Of a stretch of 64,000 bases of DNA, positions 10,726-21,900 are shown piece by piece; positions within the stretch are counted from its first letter, which is position 1; every line of letters starts with the position of its first letter. The notes beneath the pieces were generated by a model. It was not told where the DNA came from. It did not search any database and saw nothing but the letters and a program-made list of their open reading frames with translations. Both the position numbers and the translations under genes were made by a program. Source of the stretch: Eledone cirrhosa (lineage: Eukaryota); NCBI GenBank assembly GCA_964016885.1, contig OZ024740.1, positions 128,712,001-128,776,000 of the forward strand, written 5' to 3'.

Positions 10726-13700
10726 GATTTCTTTATTAACCACAAGGGTTTACACAAAGTAGATATTAAGGACAGTACAGGACAATACAGGACGGTACAA
10801 ATGAGTATTTCTGCGTGTAAAAAAAACAAAAACAGACGATGTAACAAGAAAAGTACAATGAAAAATTCCCCAATAGGGGGGGGGGGGACTTCTGAGGACC
10901 ATCGTGGACAAAGCCCATTAAAAAAAGCCACGGTTACCTTGACCACCAGAGCAAGTGCCCTCTCCCAGTTTTCCAACTTCAATTTACAGGCATATACTCA
11001 GAGTAGGTCCATTCAATTTGGCCATTCTTGCCTCTCTCACCCATATTTCAACAAAATGCTGGGGCGAGATCACTTCCCTCTCTAGTCTGATTTTCCTTTT
11101 CAAATGAAATTTGAAAAAGTTAATCTGGGCATCACCGAAGAGGTAAGTGCTCGTCTTCAGCCATTTCAAACGTGTCCACCATACTATCTCTTTCGCCATG
11201 GCCACGAGACAGATAACAATTGACTGCCCTTCCCGGCTAAAGGAGGAGGGCTGGGCAATCCTCACGATGGACTCAGCTGATAGCCGGATCCGTTCTACAC
11301 GCGACAGCAGGTGTTCGACATAAACCCACAAGTCAGCAATGCTCGGACACTGGACGAGTTCATGCAGGACGGTTTCGTCACCTTGCGGGCATCTCGGACA
11401 TGCCCGGCTGACGGCACTTCCGTGCTTGTAGAGTTTATCCCTAACGGGTAAAGCTCCTTGGAAGCACTGCTAGGCCAGGGATTTCTGTAAATTGTCCATA
11501 GGCCCCGGCCCGAAAGTCCTTCTGAAGAGATTGGCTAGTTGATTTTCGTCGACGCCTAGAGTTTCCCCAATTACGTCGTCCCCCACTAATGCTGTATAGA
11601 TCGCCAAGGTGGAGTTTCCACCGATCACATTGCCCGACTGGTCGAGGGCCGTGAGCGCCTAAAGACATTCCAGTCTCCAAGCGCTCCCTCTCGGTCTTCG
11701 CTTGACCCAGGACTGCAGCTCCGTCAAGGAGACGGGCTGTGGAAAGACGTTTGTAGTAAACGTTGACCACACCTGATCACTCTGTCGAGGAAGAAGTGAA
11801 GATGTCGTAGCCTGAGCGCGTGTCAGGGCATCATCAGCCACGGCATGCCCAGCCCTCCACGTAGTGGGTGTTGACAGCAGATGGACCGCCTGACCATCGG
11901 AGCGCGTCCCTTCCACAAAAAAAAAACGAAAGAGCAAACGCTCCAGCGCAGTTTAGCGAGGCTTAGGACAAGGCACAACGGTCAGGCGGTAGTAGATGAC
12001 GGACACGATGTACGCATTCGCCACCTCCGCTCGACCTTTCAGGGATAACTTCCTCTCTGCCCATTTCTAGGTGAGAGAAGCCACCTTGCTCGTCACCTCG
12101 TCCCAGTTTTGGTCCGTATGGTGGTCCGGACCGAACCAGACCCCTAGCAATTTATCGGTCCGTCCGTCCAGCGCCCGACGATGCTGTTGGACGGCATGGA
12201 CATGCCTCTCCAGGTGCCGAGCTGCAAGCCCACCTACATTTCCTGGTTGATCATTGATCTCGTCACCGATTTGTATTCTGTTAGTGTGGTGCCGATCGCC
12301 TCGATAGTGTTTGGCGTTCGACACCACTACGGTGACATCGTCCGCATATGCTGACACGGATCTTCCGCATCCTAGTTCGCGCGAGACCTCCCTCAAAGTG
12401 TCCAGTTTGTGCAGTAATAGCTCGAGAGTCAATACGTACAAGAGGGACGAGAGCGGTCATCCTTGGCTGACCGAGCGCATGTTGTTGAACGGTTCCGAAA
12501 GGTGACATGCACAGCGACATCTACTCTCACCACAGAGTAGATGTCGCTGTGCATGGCAGCGATCTAGTCTCTGAAGACGGGCCCAAAACCAGCCGCCCTC
12601 AGGACTGCCACTAGGTAACGATGGTCGACCCTATCGAAATCTTTCGACTGATCTAAACTGATCAAGGACCAACCCGTGCCAGGTTCCTTAGCTACCCTCT
12701 CCACGATGTATCGCATGAAGTGAAGGTTGTCGTGGATGGATCTGTTGGGAATGTCGCATGTCTGCGCCTCTCTCACCTGAACACCAACAAGCTACAACCT
12801 CTTTGCTAGCACCTTGGCCAAAAGCTTGAACTCTGTGTATAGAAGAGTTATGGGCCTGAAATTAGCTATGTTATCCCCCTTGTTCGGATCCTTTCACAGC
12901 AGCGCCACCGCTCCTCGGCTCACAGAGCTGGGAATTCTCCCGTTCTGTTGCCAGTTGCAGTAGAGGTCCGCCAGGAAGCCTCCGAACAAGTATGGCATCT
13001 GTACGTAAAGTTCATAGGGCAGACCATCCAAACCAGGCGATTTACCCCTTGTGCAGCCAGTCATTGCCTCCCGTACAACAGCGGCTGTTGTCGGCTTATC
13101 GCAACACTCCACCTCAGTGGCTGAGAACCGCGGCAGTCCGTCGTAGTCACTAAAGTCCATCCCTCGATCCGGCCCGCCACTGCCCCCGAACAGCTGAGCG
13201 AAGTGTCCCCGAAAAGCTTCACACATTTGCCCGGGATCGAGAGCATGCGCCCGTCGTGGACCACCAAAGACCGGATCGTGGCTTTGTTGCTACTATGCGC
13301 CTCCGCCAGTGGGCCCATTTAACGGCTTTCGTCCCCTCGTGACTGCGAGCACGCAACCTACATCTGACAACGCAGCGTTCGTGCTTTGCATTGAACGACC
13401 AAGTACGTCGGTCGCGATGCCTTTGTTAAGCGCCTCGTCTAATATTCTAACTAGTTCTCCCTCTGCTCTAATTTTCTTTATTGCTAAAGCCTTACTAAAC
13501 CTAATTGACTCTATTCTAATCCCGTTTGAAGAGCAAACCACCATTTGTTGTTGACGATGGCCACAGTCAACACCCGCTTAACTAGTTCGCTAATCCGGTC
13601 ACTGTAGGCCTGGCGCGCGGTTAATGACGTGTTTAGCTTCCAGTATACGGATCCTTGTCTATGAAGCTTATCTAAGTCAACCACGCAGATCACGAATTTG

Positions 13701-13747
13701 TGGTCCGTGTATCTGACTATCTTGAATTGAGGACAGCCATTTCCTAT
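10726..13747 (-). mobile_element. Tx1/L1-clade non-LTR retrotransposon (APE-RT), 5'-truncated and decayed
   Basis: APE C-terminus YTDHKF and YWKLNTSL, GKSPGLDGLPYE, RT LDQSKDFDRVDH and AYADDV, C-terminal Cys/His motif; 3' UTR ends aataaagaaatc(att)n. Confidence 0.9.
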
Positions 13748-14322
13748 AGACTCACTATAAAGGCTGGAGACATGATGTGATGGGCAGGGTGATCCATTGG
13801 CACCTATGCAAAGTAAACAATTTACCACAATCTGAGAAGTGGTATGAGCATAAGCCAGAGTCGGTGATAGAAAACGATCAGGTGAAGGTGCTGTGGGATT
13901 TTAGGATACAGACGGACAAGAAAGTGGAACACAATAGACCGGACCTGGTGGTTTTGGACAAGGAAAAAAGATCGTGCCTGATTGTGGGTGTGGCCTGCCC
14001 ATTCGACACGAGAGTGCAAGAGAAGGAGAGGGAGAAAATTAACCGATACCAAGACTTAAAGTGGGAGGTAAAAAGGATTTGGAACTGCCATGAAGTCAAA
14101 GTGGTCCCGATTGTATAGGCGCACTAGGTACTATCTCAAAAAGTTTCCAGGTAAGGTTAAAGAAAATTGGCCCCTTCACGCTTTTTGGAATTCAAAAGGC
14201 ATGCTTGCTGGGAATAGCAAGAACACTCCGATACGTCCTGAATATCTGAGGCTGCAGGTAGTGGCTTGATATTCATTTCAACAAACTTTCCAGTTAACTA
14301 ACATCAATGACTGAGACTCAAA

Positions 14323-14323
<1 letters not shown>
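13748..14323 (+). mobile_element. R4/Dong family A, 3' fragment
   Basis: RLE region (NRPDLVV..VACP..EKINRY) and 3' UTR match 17317-17896; (AAT)n tail at 14324-14366. Confidence 0.93.
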
Positions 14324-14366
<43 letters not shown>

Positions 14367-14384
14367 TTTAAATATTATTATTAT

Positions 14385-17300
14385 AATAATGTTTAAATAT
14401 CGAACATAAACAGTTCGAATAACGGTGAAATGGAGACTAGAACGTCATGTGACAGACTCTCACCCAACAGGTGCCCCCTGGCTCAGCAGCAGGAACCTGA
14501 CTGTCAACCAAATACTGCTGATGTTGGAGGAAGGAGAAGAAGGAAAGGGGCCAGAACCAACTGGACGAAAGAATTGAATAGAACTGTTATGCAATGCTAC
14601 CTGAAAAGTAACCCCAAGGAGAGGGGCTACAGGAGACGGATGCATAACATCTGGAACGAGATTGGTTTATTTAAATTAGATGAACAAAAATTGGCCGGGC
14701 AGGCTCGGGTAATAAGAACTAATGGGTGGATAAGCGAGCTGGAACTGGAGGAACTGAGCAGAGAGAATGGCTTGGAAATGGCGGGTGTAGTATGCCAGAC
14801 AAGCGAGCCGGTGGGAAATGAAGGTGAGGAGGTCCTGAGAACGGAGGAACCACCCGAAGCAGACAATGATCTGAGTACTGAGATAAATAATACCTGGAAC
14901 AGAGATACGGCCACTGAGGAGATGAATGCTGACGGGCTAGGACAAGATTCGGTTGACATCCTAAATTTAGTGGTAGATGAATTGAACAATGATAGTGGGA
15001 GACCTATGAACCTAAGATTTGTAGACAGGAAAAAGTTAAAAGAAACAACAGCTAAGGTAAACAAAGTCATCCCATACCTTGAGGCGAGGAGCCTTCACCA
15101 GTGCAACAATATCCTCAGAGCAACAGCAAATACGGTGAGGAAACTACTTGGTATAAAAGCGAGAGGAAACAACAGACAAGAAAGAGCAGAGCCGTGGTGG
15201 AAGAAGCGACTGAGTGGGCAAATCGGGGAAATGAGAAATGACATAGGAAAGCTTGAGTCACTACTGAATGGGACACTAAAAAACATAGGCACTAAAAATA
15301 GACTGGAAATAAAATACAAAACTAGGAGTAAAAAGCTAAATATTATCATAGAGGAATTGAAGCAACGCATTGTAGCAAAGAGTGCAAAAATCAGGCGATA
15401 CGAGAACAGAGTCAGCCAGTATAAACAGAACCGCATGTTCGACAACAACCAGAAGATGCTGTTTGGACAGCTTGAGGGCAAAGAAAGAGGCAACGACTTG
15501 ATCCCTGGGGCGGAGCAAACTAAAACATTCTGGAGAGGAATATGGGAGCAGGATGTTAGACACAATGCCCAGGCAGGGTGGATTGAGACAGTACAGAGGG
15601 AGATCGGTGAGCAGGCACAGCAACAGACTGATTTGAGTATCACAGTTGAAACTCTTAAGGGGCAAGCCAAAAAACTAACCAACTGGAAATCACCAGGCCC
15701 AGATGGTGTGCAGGGGTATTGGATTAAACATCTAACATCCCTCCACCCGAAGCTGACGGCCATGTTCAATGACTGCTTGGCGTCGGGTGAGGTGCCAGAG
15801 TGGTTGACAAAAGGTACCACAGTTCTGATAATGAAAGACCGAATCAAGGGTAATGATATTACCAACTATAGACCTATCACATGTCTGTCCGTAATGTGGA
15901 AACTGTTGACGAGCATTGTGTCTGAGGAAATCTACCATCACCTCCACACAAACAACTTGTTACCGGACGAACAGAAAGGATGCCGAAAGAAGTCACGTGG
16001 TACAAAGGACCAGTTGCTTATTGATAAGATGGTAATGGGGAATTGCAGGAGGAGACACACTGATCTTGCCATGGGATGAATAGACTACAGAAAGGCATTT
16101 GACATGGTGCCTCATTCCTGGATCACCAAAAGCCTGGAGATCTTCAGGGTGGCAGATAACATCAGACAGTTGCTAGGCAGGAGTATGGGGTCCTGGGAGA
16201 CAGAGTTGACATCAACTGGAGTATCCTTGGGAAGCGTGAAGATCAAGAGAGGTATCTTCCAGGGAGATAGCCTGTCCCCTCTGTTGTTTGTCCTTGCCCT
16301 GATGCCCTTGACCATTATGCTGCGAAAAGTGAGAGCAGGATACAAGTTGGGAAGGGGAGAGCTTACCATCAATCACCTCCTCTTCATGGACGATCTTAAG
16401 CTCTTCGGGAAAAGTGAGAAGGAGTTGGATGTGCTTGTTGACACTGTCCGTATTTTCAGCAGTGATATATGTATGCAGTTTGGTATTGGTAAATGTGGAG
16501 TCATCGTGATGAAGAGGGGTAGGTTGAGCAGAAGTAACGGGATCCAGATACCAACAGGTGAGATGATAAAGGAAATTGACTCTGAGGAAGGATACAAGTA
16601 TTTGGGCGTTCTGGAGGGTGATGGCATAAAGAACAAAAAAATGAAGGAATTGTTAAGAACTGAATACATTCGGAGAGTAAGGAGCGTATTGAAGTCACAT
16701 CTGAATAGCAGAAATGCCATAAGCGCAGTAAATTCCCGAGCTGTGTCTATTATTAGGTACAGTGCGGGAATTCTGAGATGGAATGTTGCTGAACAGAAAG
16801 AAATGGATAGGAAGACTAGGAAGCTATTGACTATCTACAACATGTTCCACAAGAGGAGTGATGTCGATAGACTCTACCTAAGGAGATCTGAGGGTGGAAG
16901 AGGTCTTATCAGCATAGAGGACTGTGTTCAGATGGAGAAAAACAACCTATACAAATACGTGACCTATAGTAAGGAGCCAATGCTCAGAGCTGTACTGAAG
17001 GAGGGGACAGTAGGCCAGGGGATGTCCAGGGAGGAAATAACATCAAGGAGGAAGAGCAGCCTTAAGGGAAACCCCCTTCATAGTACCTTCTTTGAGAAAA
17101 CTGAATTTAGAGATCCACAGACATGGAACTGGTTGAGAAGAGGAGACCTCAAAAAGGCTACAGAAGGAATGCTAATGGCTGCGCAGGAGCAGGCCCTCAA
17201 AACGAAGTGGTTGAAGCACCATATCTACAAGGAGGAGGCCAGCCCACTGTGCAGGATCTGTGGAGAGAGAGAGGAGACTGTGGCTCACATTGTGTCCGAG

Positions 17301-17895
17301 TGTAAACACCTAGCCCAGACCCACTATAAGGGCTGGAGACACGATGTGATGGGCAGGGTGATCCACTGGCACCTGTGCAAAGTAAACAATCTACCACATT
17401 CTGAGAAATGGTATGAGCATAGGCCAGAGGCGGTGATGGAGAACAATCAGGTGAAGGTGCTGTGGGATTTTAGGATACAGACGGACAAAAAACTGGAACA
17501 CAATAGACCTGACCTGGTGGTTGTGGACAAAGAAAAAAGATCGTGCCTGATTGTGGATGTGGCCTGCCCGTTCGACACGAGAGTGCAAGAGAAGGAGAGG
17601 GAGAAAATTAGCCGATACCAGGACTTAAAGTGGGAGGTGAAAAGGATTTGGAACTGCCATGAAGTCAAAGTGATCCCGATTGTCATAGGCGCACTGGGGA
17701 CTATCTCCAAAAGTTTCCAGGGATGGTTAAAGAAAATCGGCCCCTTCACGCTTTTTGGAACGCTTCAAAAGGCATGCTTGCTTGGAACAGCAAGAACCCT
17801 CCGATACGTCCTGAATATCTGAGGCTGCAGGTAGTGGCTTGATATTCAATCCAACGGACTTTCCAGTTAACCAACATCAATGACTGAGATTCAAG

Positions 17896-17896
<1 letters not shown>
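14385..17896 (+). mobile_element. R4/Dong-clade RT-RLE retrotransposon family A, near full length
   Basis: N-terminal WTKELN..YRRRMHNIW domain, RT (FQGDSLSP, FMDD), CRIC..ETVAHIVSEC knuckle, RHD, RPD..D..K RLE; flanked by (AAT)n 14324-14366 and 17897-17973. Confidence 0.95.
14430..17822 (+). pseudogene. Family A RT-RLE ORF (~1130 codons) with one in-frame TGA at 16077-16079
   Basis: ORFs 14430-16079 and 16104-17822 share a frame. The sequence reads MG*IDYRKAFD, whereas the sibling at ~23630 has TGG (MGWID). Confidence 0.92.
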
Positions 17897-17973
<77 letters not shown>

Positions 17974-18779
17974 GGGAAGAAGACGCACAAGGTGGTTGAA
18001 CGTCACGAAATTGCTCCCGTAAGTTTTTTGATTTTTAACATATTTAAATCAATTGTGAAAGAACAATTCTTAGCACAAATGTTGCATAAAGGCACCGAAT
18101 GAGGTCCCATAAAGTTTCGGATCCATATTATATTGTTGTATCGCTCAAATATTCAATTTTGTATTATATATTTTGTATTCAAAAAAAGAAAATGGTTATA
18201 AATGGAACAAAACACCCTCTGTCTACACTATATAGAACAGCGGCAATTTCAATTTCACCAACACCAGAAACTTGATACACTACCTATCCCATCACACTAA
18301 ATATAACGGCAACTTCACCGGCATCATAATAATAATTACTATTATTATTGTCTCAAATTTAAAAAAATGTTTAATTCAAATTTTACGGGAATATGTCAAC
18401 ACAAAATATAATGAAAATATATATTAAACATACGAACACAAACTCATAGATACTATATCAGTAACCACAACACCACCGCTGCCACCTCCCCACCACATCC
18501 ATCATCGCCGCCACCACTCATTCAATGCTACTGACACTATTCCCCTGTTAACTTGAGAGAGAAAAGGGAAGGTGGTGGTAGCACTAGACAAGAGAGAGGC
18601 TAGCAAAAGATATAAATAGATTGACTTGGTGACCTTGCCACGGACAAACGTCTACATCAACAATTATGGGACTGCTGGCTCACCCCTTCCTCACCAACAA
18701 TATAAAAAGCCCCGGCACCACCACCGACATAGCCAGCAGCAATAACAGCCAACTACAACAAAAAGTATATTATATTATT

Positions 18780-18830
18780 GTAATGCACTGGGTGATTGCT
18801 GGCCTTGTCCCTGGAGTGGAAACAATTATT
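18780..18830 (+). mobile_element. SINE 3' fragment
   Basis: gtaatgcactgggtgattgctggccttgtccctggagtggaaacaattatt. Confidence 0.75.
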
Positions 18831-18920
18831 AATAATTTCATTCTTAAGCCACGCAATGCTCACATTAAGGTACCACTCATGATAATAACAATTTAAAAAA
18901 AACAACAAAAAGAAAACCCC

Positions 18921-21900
18921 GTGACCAAGAAATACCGGGATGGCGGCCGGCGGGGAATAGCCATGTCTCTAGGGGAGAACGACCCCTCTAGTCTTGGTTG
19001 ACACTCGTTCTAGAAGTGGTAACACGAAAAGATTACCCCTTGGCGGTTAAGGATAAAACGCGACAAAATAAGGTAGATGTCTAATGATGAAATCTCATAC
19101 CGGATCGGCCGTCACCCGGGTAAAAAAGGGCCGCGTCCCTCAGAGAGGAACCAGACTGGGGTCGAAAAATCAGCTAATGGTTCAAACCTTCCCATCACTT
19201 CGGAGCTGGAGACCTCCCATAACCGGAATACTCCTACTGTTGGCCCTCCATGCTCACCACCAAGAAATCCAAAGAAAAAGAGAGAAAAATGGTCAAGGGA
19301 AGATAATAAAGAAGTCCTTGAGGCTTTCTACACTGCCATGTACTACCCATCAAATACATCGAATACAGAGCAAACATATATCAACTGGAAAAAGAAACAT
19401 CCCGAAAACAGAGGCTATATTGACAGTAACAAACTAGCCAATATACGAAGAAATATTGTAAGAAAAAAGTTACTAACTGATATAGAAATTGATCAGATCA
19501 AGCTAGTAGCACAAAGTCAGCGAAGGGAAAATGAAGCATGTGTCAGTGAAAACGAGGTAAACTGTAACACTTCGAATCCCAGAGTTGGGGTGGAATCACT
19601 GGCAACAGAACAAATTAAAGAAAGGAGCGAAAAAGTGGAGGGAGTGCATGCTCAGGATGAAACTCTAAATGAAAATAATGAGATCGTAAATGATAAAGAA
19701 ATGAATGAGAATGAACTTGCCAACTTGAAGGATGAAATTATGATCGAATGGATGAAAATGAAAGAATCTGACATGGGGGAACGAGACACCCTCCCTAAGA
19801 TCCAGAACTCCAAACAGAACCAAAAGATAATACACAAGACTAACATAATTCTCAAAAACATTATCATCACAAACAAAATAAACATTACTGACTTAAATCA
19901 TCTCTATTATGCATCGGCTAAAGTCACCACTCACTTATGTGGAGTGAAGATGAAAAAACAAAGGAATTCCCACAAGAAATCTACTTGGCAAGATAACATC
20001 AATCGCCAAATAAACCTTCTCCGATCTGACATAGAAATTTTAACAAACTATAAAGTAGGTGAACATGTTAAACAAACTAAACTTAGAAAATTGAAAAAAA
20101 AGTACAGTATAAGATCAACATGTGACATAGACATGCTGATAGAAACAATCAAGCAAAAAGTGTCGGCCAAAGCTGCTCGTATAAGGCGCTTTGAAAAACG
20201 ATCTAGATTCTATAAGGATAATAATATGTTCAAAAACAACCAAAGAAACTTCTACAGAAAAATTGGTAAGTCAACAATAACTGCTAAATCAATACCACCC
20301 AAGGAGGAAGTGCAAGAATTCTGGGAAAAGATCTGGGCCGAAGAAAAAGTTCATAACATACATGCCCCATGGATAGACAGACAAATGAAAGAAACAGCTC
20401 ACCTTGAAGAACAAACATGGGAAAATATAACAGTTGAACAGCTGCGCTTGGCTCTAAGAAAAACCAGCAAATGGAAATCCCCAGGAAAAGACAAAATACA
20501 AAACTTTTGGATAAATGCCTTCACAGAGTCTCATGAGCTGTTAGCCCAACTTTACAATGAAATAGTTAAGGAGCCAGAAAAGATACCATCATGGCTAGTC
20601 AACGGCATTACATTCCTGCTACCGAAGAATGATGAGACAAACAATCCCAAAAATTACAGACCGATAACCTGCTTGACCACAATGTATAAAATTTTAACAT
20701 CAGTCCTAACTGAATACACATATGACCACCTGATAACAAATGACCTATTTCCCATTGAGCAGAAAGGGTGTAAACGAGGCTCATATGGCTGTAAGGATCA
20801 GCTTCTGGTTAACAAAATGATACTGGAAGATTGTCATAATAGACACAAAAATCTATCGATTGCTTGGATAGATTATAAAAAAGCATTTGATAGTTTGCCA
20901 CACAGTTGGATTGAAAAATGTTTAGAGATTTTCAAAATATCCCCCGTTGTCAGGAGGTTTTTGTCATTCAGTATGAGGACATGGAGAACGACACTCCTTT
21001 TGAATAGTGAAACAAAATCACTGGAAGCTGGAGAAGTTAACATTAATTGTGGAATTTTTCAGGGTGACTCTTTATCACCGCTTTTATTCTGCATCGCACT
21101 TATACCATTAAGTAAAATGCTCAATGAAACAAAACATGGATATAGAGTCTATGACAAAACCATTAATCACCTGTTCTACATGGATGACCTGAAACTATTT
21201 GCAAAAAATGATGAACAATTGCAAGGGCTATTATCCACTGTGAAGCAGTTCAGTGATGACATTAAAATGGAGTTTGGACTGGATAAATGCGCCAAAGCAA
21301 CGTTCACCAGAGGAAAGCTGCTGAAGAGTTCAGACATTAATCTTGATCGGGGGAACGTGATAAGAGAGCTTGATCAAGAACAAACTTACAAATATCTAGG
21401 TGTTTGTGAAGGAGACGGAATCAAGCACTCGACAATGAGGGAAAGGATAAGGAAGGAATGTTACCGCAGAGTCAGAGCAATCTTAAGAACGGAATTGAAT
21501 GCAAGGAATAGGATCGATGCCATAAACACGCTTGCCATACCAGTAGTAACCTACAGTTACAATGTCATCAACTGGTCAAGCACAGAGATCCGTAGGCTCG
21601 ATACAAAAATCCGAAAATTCTTAACCATGCACAGAATGCATCACCCTAAGGCAGACATAGATAGAATATATCTCCCTAGGAAAGAAGGAGGACGTGGGTT
21701 AATCCAGTTAGACATTGCGTTGAAAACTGCAACAATTGGATTATCCACATATCTAAGGGAATCACATGATTGGATGATCAAACTCGTTTTGAAACACGAA
21801 AGCACCAAAAGATCATATTCCATTACAAAAGATGCACAAAGATACAGTAATGGACTACAAATTTCAGAAGTCCCATTTACTGCTGAAATGGAAAACACAG

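Noticed and set aside
13749-13763. gactcactata resembling a T7 promoter or vector
   Set aside because: It is Dong-A coding sequence (cf. 17318 and ~24866), and the TAATAC part is absent.
14627-15865. Long antisense ORFs within Dong elements
   Set aside because: Shadow frames of the RT ORF with no recognisable motifs.
16077-16079. In-frame TGA as programmed readthrough or a two-ORF organisation
   Set aside because: The sibling copy has TGG and family B has Trp at this position; a simple nonsense mutation or base-call error suffices.
19030-19065. GGATAAAA/TAACAC resemblance to a twister ribozyme
   Set aside because: The pseudoknot pairings and conserved core of twister cannot be formed.
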